The notes below the pieces were generated by a model. That model did not search any database, was not told where the DNA came from, and worked only from the letters and a program-made list of their open reading frames with translations. Shown one piece after another: positions 51,042-60,151 of a stretch of DNA of 64,000 nucleotides. The DNA is taken from contig OZ240241.1 in the NCBI GenBank assembly GCA_965198115.1, forward strand, positions 3,520,001-3,584,000, read 5' to 3'. Positions within the stretch are counted from its first letter, which is position 1; each line of letters opens with the position of its first letter. A program made the translations under genes and the position numbers. The DNA comes from Candidatus Latescibacterota bacterium (lineage in GTDB: Bacteria; Latescibacterota; UBA2968).

Positions 51042-52752
51042 CGACATCCTCGCCCGAACACCAGCGCAGGAATGGCTCGACCTCCAGGGCATTCAGCACG
51101 TCCTCGCGTCGAAGACCGCCCTTTCTCGCCACACCCACGCCATACACCATATCCGCCAATCCCTCGACGCCGTGCGCGTCCGTATCGATCGCGATCTTGA
51201 CCCCTTTTTCACGCGCCAGGGCGAGGAACCGCCAGTCGAGTTCGAGCCTGTTGGGATGGGCGTTGATCTCGACGGCCGTGTGAGACGCCGCTGCGGCGTC
51301 GAGAACGGCGGGGATGTCGAGCGGATAGCCATCGCGAGAAAGGAGCAGGCGCCCTGTCGGATGTCCGAGGATGTCGACGTGCGGGCTCTCGACCGCCCGG
51401 ATGACGCGCCCGGTTGCCGTCGCCACGTCCATTCCGAACACCGAATGCACGGATGCCACGACAAGATCGAATTCGCACAGGAAATCGTCCTCGAAATCCA
51501 GCCCCCCGTCGACCATGATGTCGACCTCGATGCCCCTCAGAATCCGAATGCCGTGGAGCCGTCCCTGGACCTCCTCGATCTCCCCCCACTGCTCTCGCAC
51601 ACGTTCCACGCTCAGGCCGCCCGCGTAGCCCGCTGCGTGGGAATGATCGCAGATGCCGATGTAGCGATGCCCCAGCTCTCGAGCCGCCGATGCCATCGCC
51701 TCGACGGTTGCCCGCCCGTCGCTGTACTGCGTGTGCACGGTGCCGACCAGATCCTCGATTCCGATCAGGGATGGCAAGGGGCCCTGCTCCGCCCTTTCGA
51801 TCTCCCCCACACCTTCTCGCATCTCCGGCGGAACGTAGGCTAGATCCAGAGCAGCGAAAATATCCTCCTCCGACGAACACACCGTGACTTCATCTTCGCT
51901 AAACAGTCCATATTCGTTCAGTTTGAGGCCCCGCCCCTTCGCGCGGCTTCGCATCTGCGTGTTGTGTTCCTTGCTGCCTGTAAAGTGGTGCAGCGCACAC
52001 GCAAACACGCTATCCTCAACGATCCGCAAGTCTGCGTTCATGCCCGATCGCAGTCGTACGGCGACCTTCGTGTCCCCACGGGCGAGCACCTCCGACACCC
52101 GAGGCGACTCGACGAAGGCCGACGCCACAACGGCCGGTTCGCTCGTACTCGCCACGAGGTCCACGTCCTTCGTCGTTTCCGTCCACCGACGGAGGCTGCC
52201 AGCCACCTCGACCCGAACGACCGCCGGATGGGATCGCAACAGGTCGACCAAACCCTCTGCTTCCGCGCGTGCGGTACTCAACAGGAAACGGCCACGGTGA
52301 GTCTGTAAATACTCGATCCCCTGGACGATGCTCTCCGCAGATTTCTTTCCAAACCCTTTGAGCCCCTCGACCGCCCCGGACGCGCACGCCTTGGCGAGAG
52401 CGTCGACATCGGAGACACCCAGCGTCTCGTAGATCGTCCGCAAACGTTTTCCTCCGAGACCGGGGATTTCGCGCATCTCCACGAGCCCTTCGGGAACGGT
52501 GGACAGCAGCTCCTCGTGCCGCTTCATTCGGCCCGTCTCCACGAGTTCCGTCAGCTCCCGGGCCAGGGTCTTGCCAATCCCCTTGATTCCTGCGAGTTCG
52601 TCCCGACCGACCAGATCGGCCACCGGTTCTTCCAGAATTTCGATCGCCCGAGCGGCGCCCGAGTAAGCCCGTGCCCGAAACGGATTCTCGCCGTTCAGCT
52701 CCATCAGGTTCGCCACGTCCTCCAGCACGACAGAGATCGATCCGTTATCCAT
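51031..52752 (-). CDS. polX: DNA polymerase X with PHP domain
   Basis: GENPFRARAY, AGSLRR..ET.KDVD, HFTGSKEHN, LNEYGL, and PHP DHS/EVDI/HPTGR/DAH motifs. Confidence 0.93.
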   Translation of the reverse strand: MDNGSISVVLEDVANLMELNGENPFRARAYSGAARAIEILEEPVADLVGRDELAGIKGIGKTLARELTELVETGRMKRHEELLSTVPEGLVEMREIPGLGGKRLRTIYETLGVSDVDALAKACASGAVEGLKGFGKKSAESIVQGIEYLQTHRGRFLLSTARAEAEGLVDLLRSHPAVVRVEVAGSLRRWTETTKDVDLVASTSEPAVVASAFVESPRVSEVLARGDTKVAVRLRSGMNADLRIVEDSVFACALHHFTGSKEHNTQMRSRAKGRGLKLNEYGLFSEDEVTVCSSEEDIFAALDLAYVPPEMREGVGEIERAEQGPLPSLIGIEDLVGTVHTQYSDGRATVEAMASAARELGHRYIGICDHSHAAGYAGGLSVERVREQWGEIEEVQGRLHGIRILRGIEVDIMVDGGLDFEDDFLCEFDLVVASVHSVFGMDVATATGRVIRAVESPHVDILGHPTGRLLLSRDGYPLDIPAVLDAAAASHTAVEINAHPNRLELDWRFLALAREKGVKIAIDTDAHGVEGLADMVYGVGVARKGGLRREDVLNALEVEPFLRWCSGEDVDAT

Positions 52753-53374
52753 CGGATCCCCCTGACGTCGGTGCCTTCGCCGCATCGTCTCGCGAAAGGG
52801 GAGCCTCGCCTTCGGCTCCCACCGTTGCCCGAAGCGCATCGTCGGACATGACGTCGTCGAGCAGCACGTTGTTTCTGGCGATGTAGATCGGCGTCTGAAT
52901 CAGTGCGATCAGGTTGACGACCAGACTCAGCACGGCCAGCAGTTCGTGGATGCGCGACAACATCGACTGGCCTGCCGGCTGGACGGGTCTCAACAGATCC
53001 GAATGTGCTCCGCCTCCCAGCATCGCTACCGCCATGATCAGCAGCATTCCGAAGAAGAGGGCGTAGAAGAACGACCCCTTGAAAGCGCGAGCGCGAGCGA
53101 GATAGACCGCATCGAGGTTCCGTTCGCGCACTTCTGCTTTGATCGACGACCCGGTACCCAGGAAGTAGAACATCGTCGTCGTGTGAGTCAGCATAGTCAG
53201 GATGGTCGTAACCAAACCCACCTTCAGATGCGTGCCGATCCCAACACCCCACCACCCGTAGTGGACAGCGTAACCCATCACGAACGTGACCAGAAGCAAC
53301 GGGAGGGAGACGACGCCGAATGCCAGAATCGCAGCTTGCATGCTACCTGCCTTTACACCTTCGGATGCGTCCAT
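52745..53374 (-). CDS. hypothetical 4-TM membrane protein
   Basis: Four hydrophobic helices with several His residues. Overlaps the polX start. Confidence 0.6.
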   Translation of the reverse strand: MDASEGVKAGSMQAAILAFGVVSLPLLLVTFVMGYAVHYGWWGVGIGTHLKVGLVTTILTMLTHTTTMFYFLGTGSSIKAEVRERNLDAVYLARARAFKGSFFYALFFGMLLIMAVAMLGGGAHSDLLRPVQPAGQSMLSRIHELLAVLSLVVNLIALIQTPIYIARNNVLLDDVMSDDALRATVGAEGEAPLSRDDAAKAPTSGGSDG

Positions 53375-53560
53375 AGTACGGGACCGTGGCGTGATCGGTG
53401 GGCGACCTCGCCGTTCGGCATTTGTGTGGACATTCACGAGCGACACGCTATTTTAGCGCCGACGAGCGTGTCGAGACGCACAATCGGGCGTGAATATAGA
53501 CGAGCCCCCGACAGTCGTCAACCGACCCCCCATTTTAACGATCGAACGGAGCCCCGCACC

Positions 53561-54427
53561 GTGAAACTGTCGGTCACTTCCGTCATGCTTCCACGCTGGG
53601 ACATCGACCAGACCTTCGACAAACTGGCCGACTACGGCTATGAGGGAATAGAGCTCCGCGTCAGGGACAGTCCCGAAGATCCGACCGAAGAGCCCTCCTT
53701 CTGGGGGAGGCACCTCGCCGACGTCAGCCCGTCCAACCTTCTCGACAAGGTCGACGTCCTCCGTTCGGCGTCGGACCGCACGGGGGTCAAAGTCATCGCC
53801 TTCGCACCCAGGGCCCTCATCGGCGACGACGATCTGATCGACCGGTTATTCGAAGGCGCACGTGCCATCGACCCCGATCATCCACCCATGATCCGAATCG
53901 GCGCCCCGCGCCACGACCGCGCCCTCCCCTACCATCCACAGTTTGCCGACGCGCGGGAAGGATTCGCTCCTCTCGTCGACCGGGCGCGCGAGGGAGGTGT
54001 CAAAGTCCTCTATGAAATCCACACAGGAACGGTCGCCGTCTCGTGCTCTCGTACGATCGAGCTCCTCCGCGACCTCGACCCCGCACACATCGGCGCCATC
54101 TACGACGTCCCGAACATGATCCGTGTCGGTATCGAGGACACGCGCATGGGAATAGAAATACTCGGTCCCTACCTTGCCCATTGCCACATCGGAAACGGCA
54201 TCCCCGTCCCCGACAAACCCGAGACGTCGGGACCTGACGATCGGATGGATTTCACCTGGACATTCGCCGACCTCCGAAGAGGAGTCGCCAACATTCCGCA
54301 GATCATACAGGACCTCAAGGACGTGAATTACAGCGGTTACCTCTCACTCGAGGAGTTCGGCCCCGGTGACGACGACGTGAAGGTCCGCGAGCAGGGAGCG
54401 TACGTCCAGCGACTCATCGCCGCGTAG
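53561..54427 (+). CDS. sugar phosphate isomerase/epimerase (AP endonuclease 2 TIM barrel)
   Basis: GYEGIEL, YEIH, YDVPN, HCHI and YSGYLSLE motifs. Confidence 0.85.
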   Translation: MKLSVTSVMLPRWDIDQTFDKLADYGYEGIELRVRDSPEDPTEEPSFWGRHLADVSPSNLLDKVDVLRSASDRTGVKVIAFAPRALIGDDDLIDRLFEGARAIDPDHPPMIRIGAPRHDRALPYHPQFADAREGFAPLVDRAREGGVKVLYEIHTGTVAVSCSRTIELLRDLDPAHIGAIYDVPNMIRVGIEDTRMGIEILGPYLAHCHIGNGIPVPDKPETSGPDDRMDFTWTFADLRRGVANIPQIIQDLKDVNYSGYLSLEEFGPGDDDVKVREQGAYVQRLIAA

Positions 54428-54474
54428 CGTCACCACGCACCACCGCAGTCTCCACTCCTTCAGGAGATCCATCC

Positions 54475-55380
54475 ATGATTCCACTGATCAGCAGTCTGTG
54501 CTACGGCCCCCTCGACGTCTGTCACCTGCCCCGCTTTTGGTGGAAAGTCTTGCTTCGAGCCAAAGGCCTTCTGGATGAGGAATACCCCGACCTGAGCGGG
54601 GGTCTCGACACGAACGTGCTCAAGGCGCTCGAGTTGGATATCGACACGACCCTCGGATATCTGCGATCGGAAACACCCTCCTATCTGACCTTCGAATCGT
54701 GGGTGCTCGAGCAAAAAGGGGGATCGATCGACCGTGTGGCTGCCGACGCCTGGAACGACTCGGTACGCAATCGCGTCCATACACGCCCCGAGAAAATCGA
54801 GGAAACCTACAACGACATCGGCTGGACCAAGGACGAAGTTTCGGTCGATTCTGCCGTCATCCTGAACAGCGTGCAGGACTGGCAGCTCTTCCACAAACGT
54901 GACCTCGACGCCGACTATGGCGCGTTGGGCAACCAGGTCATTCCCCTGATCGCTACGATCGACTATGGCCCGCTCGAAGTCTGCCAGCTCCCTCGAACGT
55001 GGTACAAGATCACGATGCGGACCAAGGGCCTGCTCCACGACGACTATCCGGACATGCTGCCCAACGGTGGGCTCGACAGGTGGGCACTCGACGCCCTCGG
55101 GATCGACCAGGACCGAGTGGTCGCCCACGTTCGCGAGCATCTTCCCGACTACGTTCAGTTCGAGCGGTTCATCCTGGCCGAGAGCGGAGGTCAGATCGAC
55201 CGTGCCGCCGCCGACGCCTGGAACAAGAGAGTGCGGGAACGGATTCACAACGACGCGAAGCAGACCGACATCAAAGGCACGCTAGAGGACTACGATGTCG
55301 GCCACGTGACATCCGCCGTCGTCCTCAACCATATCGAGGACTGGCACTTTGCGCACCAGAGTCTGACCGCCAACACCTGA
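54475..55380 (+). CDS. hypothetical protein made of two ~150-aa internal repeats (DUF5069-like)
   Basis: IPLI...YGPL.VC.LPR.W.K...R.KGLL...YPD...GGLD...IDR.AADAWN...SAV.LN...DW..H occurs twice. GGAG RBS. Confidence 0.8.
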   Translation: MIPLISSLCYGPLDVCHLPRFWWKVLLRAKGLLDEEYPDLSGGLDTNVLKALELDIDTTLGYLRSETPSYLTFESWVLEQKGGSIDRVAADAWNDSVRNRVHTRPEKIEETYNDIGWTKDEVSVDSAVILNSVQDWQLFHKRDLDADYGALGNQVIPLIATIDYGPLEVCQLPRTWYKITMRTKGLLHDDYPDMLPNGGLDRWALDALGIDQDRVVAHVREHLPDYVQFERFILAESGGQIDRAAADAWNKRVRERIHNDAKQTDIKGTLEDYDVGHVTSAVVLNHIEDWHFAHQSLTANT

Positions 55381-55399
55381 CACACACCATCGGCAAGCA

Positions 55400-55436
55400 A
55401 AACGGGGGTGTCGCCAGCGTCGCTTCACCCCCGTTT
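55400..55436. terminator. bidirectional terminator between convergent genes
   Basis: AAACGGGGGTG...CACCCCCGTTT inverted repeat. Confidence 0.7.
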
Positions 55437-55455
55437 CCCATTTCCTACGGGAAGC

Positions 55456-56613
55456 CTACAGATCCGTGAAGACCGCCAGTCCCCCCGTGTAGCTGTGTAC
55501 GTAGTTCTTTCCTCCGACGGGTGCGAGTTCGGCGTTCCCGAAAAAACCCACGAGGGGGAAGTCACCCAGTTCGGCGGCGATCAGTCCCACGTCGTGATCG
55601 GGTTGTCCGAACAAACCGTATCCCCTTCCCAAACAGTTGAAATAGAGACCAAACCGAACCGGGTCTTCTCCGAGCTCGCGTGCCACCGCCTGAACGGTTT
55701 GAACGAGATCGTCGTGTGCGGCAGCCGACGTCCTGCGGTTGAATTGAACGGTCTGGCCCGTCACCACGTGCTCGCCGACCGCGATCGATCCGTCCTCGGG
55801 GTTCAAGCCGATCAGGTTTCGTATCAGAAAGTCACCGCGCCCCCGGGCCGTCGCCAGTTCGTCCATCGCCAGGCCTACGAAGATGGATGGGCCGACGTTC
55901 TCCTTTTCCTCGGGCGTCAGTGTGTCGAGGGCTTCCTTCAGCGCATCGATCGCGGGCGAGAAGGCGATTTCGTGAATCACGTTGCCCTCCCCCTTCGTGA
56001 TCGTGTAGGCCTGGCCGAATGGCTGGCAGCCCTGCGCGACGCCCGTCAGGATCTTGACCTCCCCTCGCAGCAGGACGCCCGCCACGCCTTCTTGAACAAC
56101 CTCTCGACCGCACCACTGATACGATCGTGGATCCATAGGAGACCCGGACGCCGCCGCCCCGACGATCGGAAACGGTAGAGACCGTCCGAGTGCCTCGATC
56201 AGCGGTCCCGGATTGTGAGCGGATACGTCCGGAAACAGACAAAGCAGTCCGGACTCCGGCGCGTAGGGCAGCAACGCCTCGGCGATCTCCGCTGAGGCCC
56301 CCGCTCCCGTCGCCAGAAAGGGCACCGGCTGGATGACGTCACCCGAAACAGCAAGGACGGCGACCGCATCCCGTTGCTCGACCTCGCTCTTCTCGTTGAG
56401 CACGCCCATTCCACTGCAGCCCACGACCGCATCCGTCGACCCGAGGGCCGTCGCTTCCTCCACCAGGGTCTGGCCGTGCGAGGCGTGCGCACCCGACGCG
56501 AACAGTAGAACCAGGGACACATCCCCGAGCCCTTCCATGGCAGAGGTCAGGGCCTCCCGAACCGCCGCCCCGGCATCGTTCTCCTGACTCAACCCGGAAC
56601 CGACCTGGATCAT
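55456..56613 (-). CDS. FIST N/C domain protein
   Basis: VGCSGMGV, VAQGCQPFG, LYFNCLGRG, GFFGNAE and HSYT motifs. Confidence 0.9.
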   Translation of the reverse strand: MIQVGSGLSQENDAGAAVREALTSAMEGLGDVSLVLLFASGAHASHGQTLVEEATALGSTDAVVGCSGMGVLNEKSEVEQRDAVAVLAVSGDVIQPVPFLATGAGASAEIAEALLPYAPESGLLCLFPDVSAHNPGPLIEALGRSLPFPIVGAAASGSPMDPRSYQWCGREVVQEGVAGVLLRGEVKILTGVAQGCQPFGQAYTITKGEGNVIHEIAFSPAIDALKEALDTLTPEEKENVGPSIFVGLAMDELATARGRGDFLIRNLIGLNPEDGSIAVGEHVVTGQTVQFNRRTSAAAHDDLVQTVQAVARELGEDPVRFGLYFNCLGRGYGLFGQPDHDVGLIAAELGDFPLVGFFGNAELAPVGGKNYVHSYTGGLAVFTDL

Positions 56614-57602
56614 CTCTTCTCCTTCTCCGCGTCCCCCGACAACCAGCGAAGTGCCGCGTCGACCGCTGCCACCTGGAGCCGCACCTGCGTGCGAACCGGT
56701 GTCCTCGTGTTGTTGTTCTGCACTTCGGTCACCAGATGATACAGCGTCCTTTCGATCTCGTCCCAGGCCTTGTTCAGATACGCCGCCTGCCCCGATCGTC
56801 TCGGATAGCCCGACCCCGGATGGTCTCTCGGGTGGGCGCCCTCTTCGCGCCATCGTTCGTGAATCGACTCAGCCATCGCGACGTAGCGCTCCTGCAAGTC
56901 CGGGGCGAAGGACGAAAGACCCGTTGGAACGTTGATGTGACAGTTGTTCTTGGAGCCGACGTATTCGGTCTGATGCAGGTCGAGCCACGACTCGTAGGCG
57001 CGCTGTTCCTGCATCTCGAAAAACGATCGAAAGAAAGTCGACCGATGATCGCGATTCGGCTCGACGTAGGTGCGGTCGTCGATCTGTTCGTAGGCGATTC
57101 CGAGCAACCGGGGCGGCACCGTCTCCCGGTCGTCCCACGACGGCACGCGAGGAAACCGCTCACCCGGAGCATCCCCCCGCTCGCCGAACATCCACAGAAA
57201 AAACGTCTCGTTCGGAATGCGCGTGCCATCCCAGAACCGAACGGGCGCCCGTTCACTGCCTCCGGGATTGGCATCAGGCACGAAAGTCAGCGTAAAGCGG
57301 CTCCACACATCCTGCCGCCACGTTGCCATCGCGGTGTCCGAGCCGGAGAGCCACTTCAACATCAGCCAGCTTGCAGCCGTGCCCGCGGGCTCGTGTGCGT
57401 GCGGCCGCGACACGAACACGCCGATCGGCCCATCGCCCACGGTCAGGGCGTAGACCGTACGCCCGCCGTACTGGGTGAATCGATCGAGGCGCACGTTTTC
57501 GGCAGTCTCGTATCGTTCAACGTGACGATCTGCTTCGTCGGGCGTCGCGATCAGATCGTCTTCATCAGGAATGATTCGATCGAGATCGGTAAGAGGCTGC
57601 AT
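56610..57602 (-). CDS. M14 family zinc carboxypeptidase-like protein
   Basis: HAHEPAG (HxxE), DANPGG, WLDLHQ and VTEV motifs. Confidence 0.75.
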   Translation of the reverse strand: MQPLTDLDRIIPDEDDLIATPDEADRHVERYETAENVRLDRFTQYGGRTVYALTVGDGPIGVFVSRPHAHEPAGTAASWLMLKWLSGSDTAMATWRQDVWSRFTLTFVPDANPGGSERAPVRFWDGTRIPNETFFLWMFGERGDAPGERFPRVPSWDDRETVPPRLLGIAYEQIDDRTYVEPNRDHRSTFFRSFFEMQEQRAYESWLDLHQTEYVGSKNNCHINVPTGLSSFAPDLQERYVAMAESIHERWREEGAHPRDHPGSGYPRRSGQAAYLNKAWDEIERTLYHLVTEVQNNNTRTPVRTQVRLQVAAVDAALRWLSGDAEKEKR

Positions 57603-57759
57603 CTTCAGAGAATATAAGCTGCGATCACACCCCGTCTCATCTGAATCGCCGGATCCCGCAAAATTTGTCCTTTTCTTGTCAGCCCAATCCAATTCGTTTA
57701 TATTAGTCTTCCTGCCGTGAACACAGGGTGTAGCATTAGGTCCCTTAAGGCTCAGGTTT

Positions 57760-58224
57760 ATGGATTTCAAAGAAACCCTGCGTGACGAGCTCGTCCGCCG
57801 TGTCGACCTCTCCTTCTACGTGGAAGTGCAGAACGGCACCAGTGTGGCCGACCTCGTCGAGAAGATGCAGGCGAGCCATCGCAAGTGCGCGCTCGTCCTG
57901 GAAGGTGACCGGCTGAAGGGCATCTTCACCGCCCACGACATCCGCGATCTCGCCCCCAAATCCGATTCCCTCTGGCAACCCATCGGCACCGTGATGACGC
58001 ACAACCCGGAAACGATCAGTGGGGACGCGTCGCTCCTCGAAGCCATTCAAATCCTCAACAACAAGCCCTATCGGTATCTTCCCGTCCTGAACAAGGACGG
58101 TCACGTCATCGGCACGCTGACGCACTATGCGGTCCTGAAGTATATCTCCGACCACTTCCCGGAGGAAATCTACAATCTTCCGCCGGAACCCGATCGCATC
58201 GCCCAGTCGCGCGATGGCGCCTGA
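57760..58224 (+). CDS. stand-alone CBS-pair (Bateman) protein
   Basis: L.GIFT..D, VMT.NP.T and YRYLPVL...G..IG.L motifs. Confidence 0.88.
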   Translation: MDFKETLRDELVRRVDLSFYVEVQNGTSVADLVEKMQASHRKCALVLEGDRLKGIFTAHDIRDLAPKSDSLWQPIGTVMTHNPETISGDASLLEAIQILNNKPYRYLPVLNKDGHVIGTLTHYAVLKYISDHFPEEIYNLPPEPDRIAQSRDGA

Positions 58225-58262
58225 CCGCAACCCACTTCCCCGGTAGCAGGAGGTCTTGAGCA

Positions 58263-60125
58263 ATGGCCGATACTCCGGCTGAATCACCTGCCGACGAAGG
58301 TGTCGAAATCGTAGAATCCATCGCTGTTCGTTTTGCCGGCGATTCGGGTGACGGTAGTCAGCTGATTGGCAACGAGTTCGCCAACACCTCGGCCATCCTC
58401 GGGAACGACATCTCCACGCTGCCTGACTATCCGGCGGAGATCCGAGCCCCTGCCGGCACCTTGCCCGGCGTGAGCGCCTACCAGGTCCATCTGTCCAGCG
58501 AAGAAATCTACACGCCCGGGGACGAGCCTCAGGTGCTCGTCGCAATGAACCCGGCCGCACTCAAAGCGAACATCGAGGACCTGCCACACGGCGGCGTGGT
58601 CATCGCCAACACCGACAACTTCTCGCGCAACAACCTTCGCAAAGCCGGCTACGAGCAGGACCCGTTGGAGGATGGTTCCCTCTCCGCCTATCGTGTGGCG
58701 AAAGTGCCCCTCACGACGTTGCACAAGGAAGCCGTGAAAGATGTAGAAGGCCTGTCGAACCGCCAGATCGACATGATGAAGAACATGTTCGGCCTGGGTC
58801 TGGCCTACTGGATCTTCGATCGCCCGCTCGAGCCGACAATTCGCATGCTCGAGAAGAAATTCGCGAACCTGCCCAACGTCGTCGAAGGCAACGTCAAAAC
58901 GATGAAGGCGGGCTATAATTTCGGCGAAACGACCGAGCAGTTCCAGTATCGGTATCGCGTCTCGAAAGCACCGGTCGAGCCCGGCACCTACCGGGCGGTC
59001 AACGGTGCCCAGGCTACCGCACTCGGACTCGTCACGGCCGCCCGCAAAGCAGGGCTGACGCTCTTCTACGGGAGCTACCCAATTACTCCCGCAAGCTCCC
59101 TCCTGGAAGAGTTGGCTTCTCTCAAAAACTTCGACGTTCGGACCTTCCAGGCCGAAGACGAAATTGCGGCGATGGGATCGACCATCGGAGCCGCCTTTGG
59201 CGGGGCGCTCTCCGCGACCGGCACGAGCGGGCCCGGTATCGCCCTCAAGAGCGAGGCCATCAACCTCGCCCTCGTCCTCGAACTCCCCATGATCATCTGC
59301 AACTTCCAGCGCGGCGGGCCGAGCACGGGTCTTCCAACCAAAGCGGAACAGAGCGATCTGCTTCAGTGCATGTTCGGGAGAAACGGCGAGAGTCCCGTCA
59401 TTGTGGTCGCAGCCAAAACACCGGCCGACTGTTTCGAAACGGCCATCGAAGCGGCTCGTCTCGCGCTCGAAACGATGTCACCGGTCTTCTTCATGTCCGA
59501 CGGTTACCTCGTCTTCAGCTCCGAACCCTGGAGAATTCCCGATCCGGACTCGATACCCGAGATCCCGGTCGAGCCCTGGACGGACGCTGAGAACTTCCAG
59601 CCCTACAGCCGTGACCCCGAAACCCTCGCACGACCCTGGGCGCTGCCAGGCACCACCGGCCTCGAGCACCGCGTCGGCGGCCTTGCAAAGCAGGACGTGA
59701 CGGGCAACGTCTCCTACGACCCCGACGATCATCAGCATATGGTCGACACGCTCGCGGCCAAGGTCGCGCGCGTGGCCGAGCGCATCCCCGAACAAGAGGT
59801 GGACGGTCCTGAATGGGGTGACCTGCTGGTCCTCGGATGGGGAAGCACCTACGGCGCGATTCGATCGGCCGTCCGGCGGGCTCAACAGAAGGGACAAAAG
59901 GTCGCCTTCGCCCACCTGCGGTATCTCAACCCTTTCCCGCGGAATCTGGGCGACATCCTGCTGAAATACGATCGAGTGCTCGTACCCGAGCTGAACGGGG
60001 GGCAGTTGTCCTTCCTCCTCAACGCAAAGTATCCATTGAAGGTGGAGTCCTATCCGAAGGTGCAGGGACAGCCTTTCAGGATTTCCGAAATCACCGAAAA
60101 GATCGACGAGCTGTTGGGCACGTAG
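58263..60125 (+). CDS. korA: 2-oxoacid:ferredoxin oxidoreductase alpha subunit (gamma-alpha fusion)
   Basis: AGDSGDG, YPAEIR, YPITP, QAEDEIAA, TSGPG and QRGGPSTGLPT motifs. Confidence 0.95.
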   Translation: MADTPAESPADEGVEIVESIAVRFAGDSGDGSQLIGNEFANTSAILGNDISTLPDYPAEIRAPAGTLPGVSAYQVHLSSEEIYTPGDEPQVLVAMNPAALKANIEDLPHGGVVIANTDNFSRNNLRKAGYEQDPLEDGSLSAYRVAKVPLTTLHKEAVKDVEGLSNRQIDMMKNMFGLGLAYWIFDRPLEPTIRMLEKKFANLPNVVEGNVKTMKAGYNFGETTEQFQYRYRVSKAPVEPGTYRAVNGAQATALGLVTAARKAGLTLFYGSYPITPASSLLEELASLKNFDVRTFQAEDEIAAMGSTIGAAFGGALSATGTSGPGIALKSEAINLALVLELPMIICNFQRGGPSTGLPTKAEQSDLLQCMFGRNGESPVIVVAAKTPADCFETAIEAARLALETMSPVFFMSDGYLVFSSEPWRIPDPDSIPEIPVEPWTDAENFQPYSRDPETLARPWALPGTTGLEHRVGGLAKQDVTGNVSYDPDDHQHMVDTLAAKVARVAERIPEQEVDGPEWGDLLVLGWGSTYGAIRSAVRRAQQKGQKVAFAHLRYLNPFPRNLGDILLKYDRVLVPELNGGQLSFLLNAKYPLKVESYPKVQGQPFRISEITEKIDELLGT

Positions 60126-60151
60126 ACATCAGCGTTCTGGAGAAATCCAAC

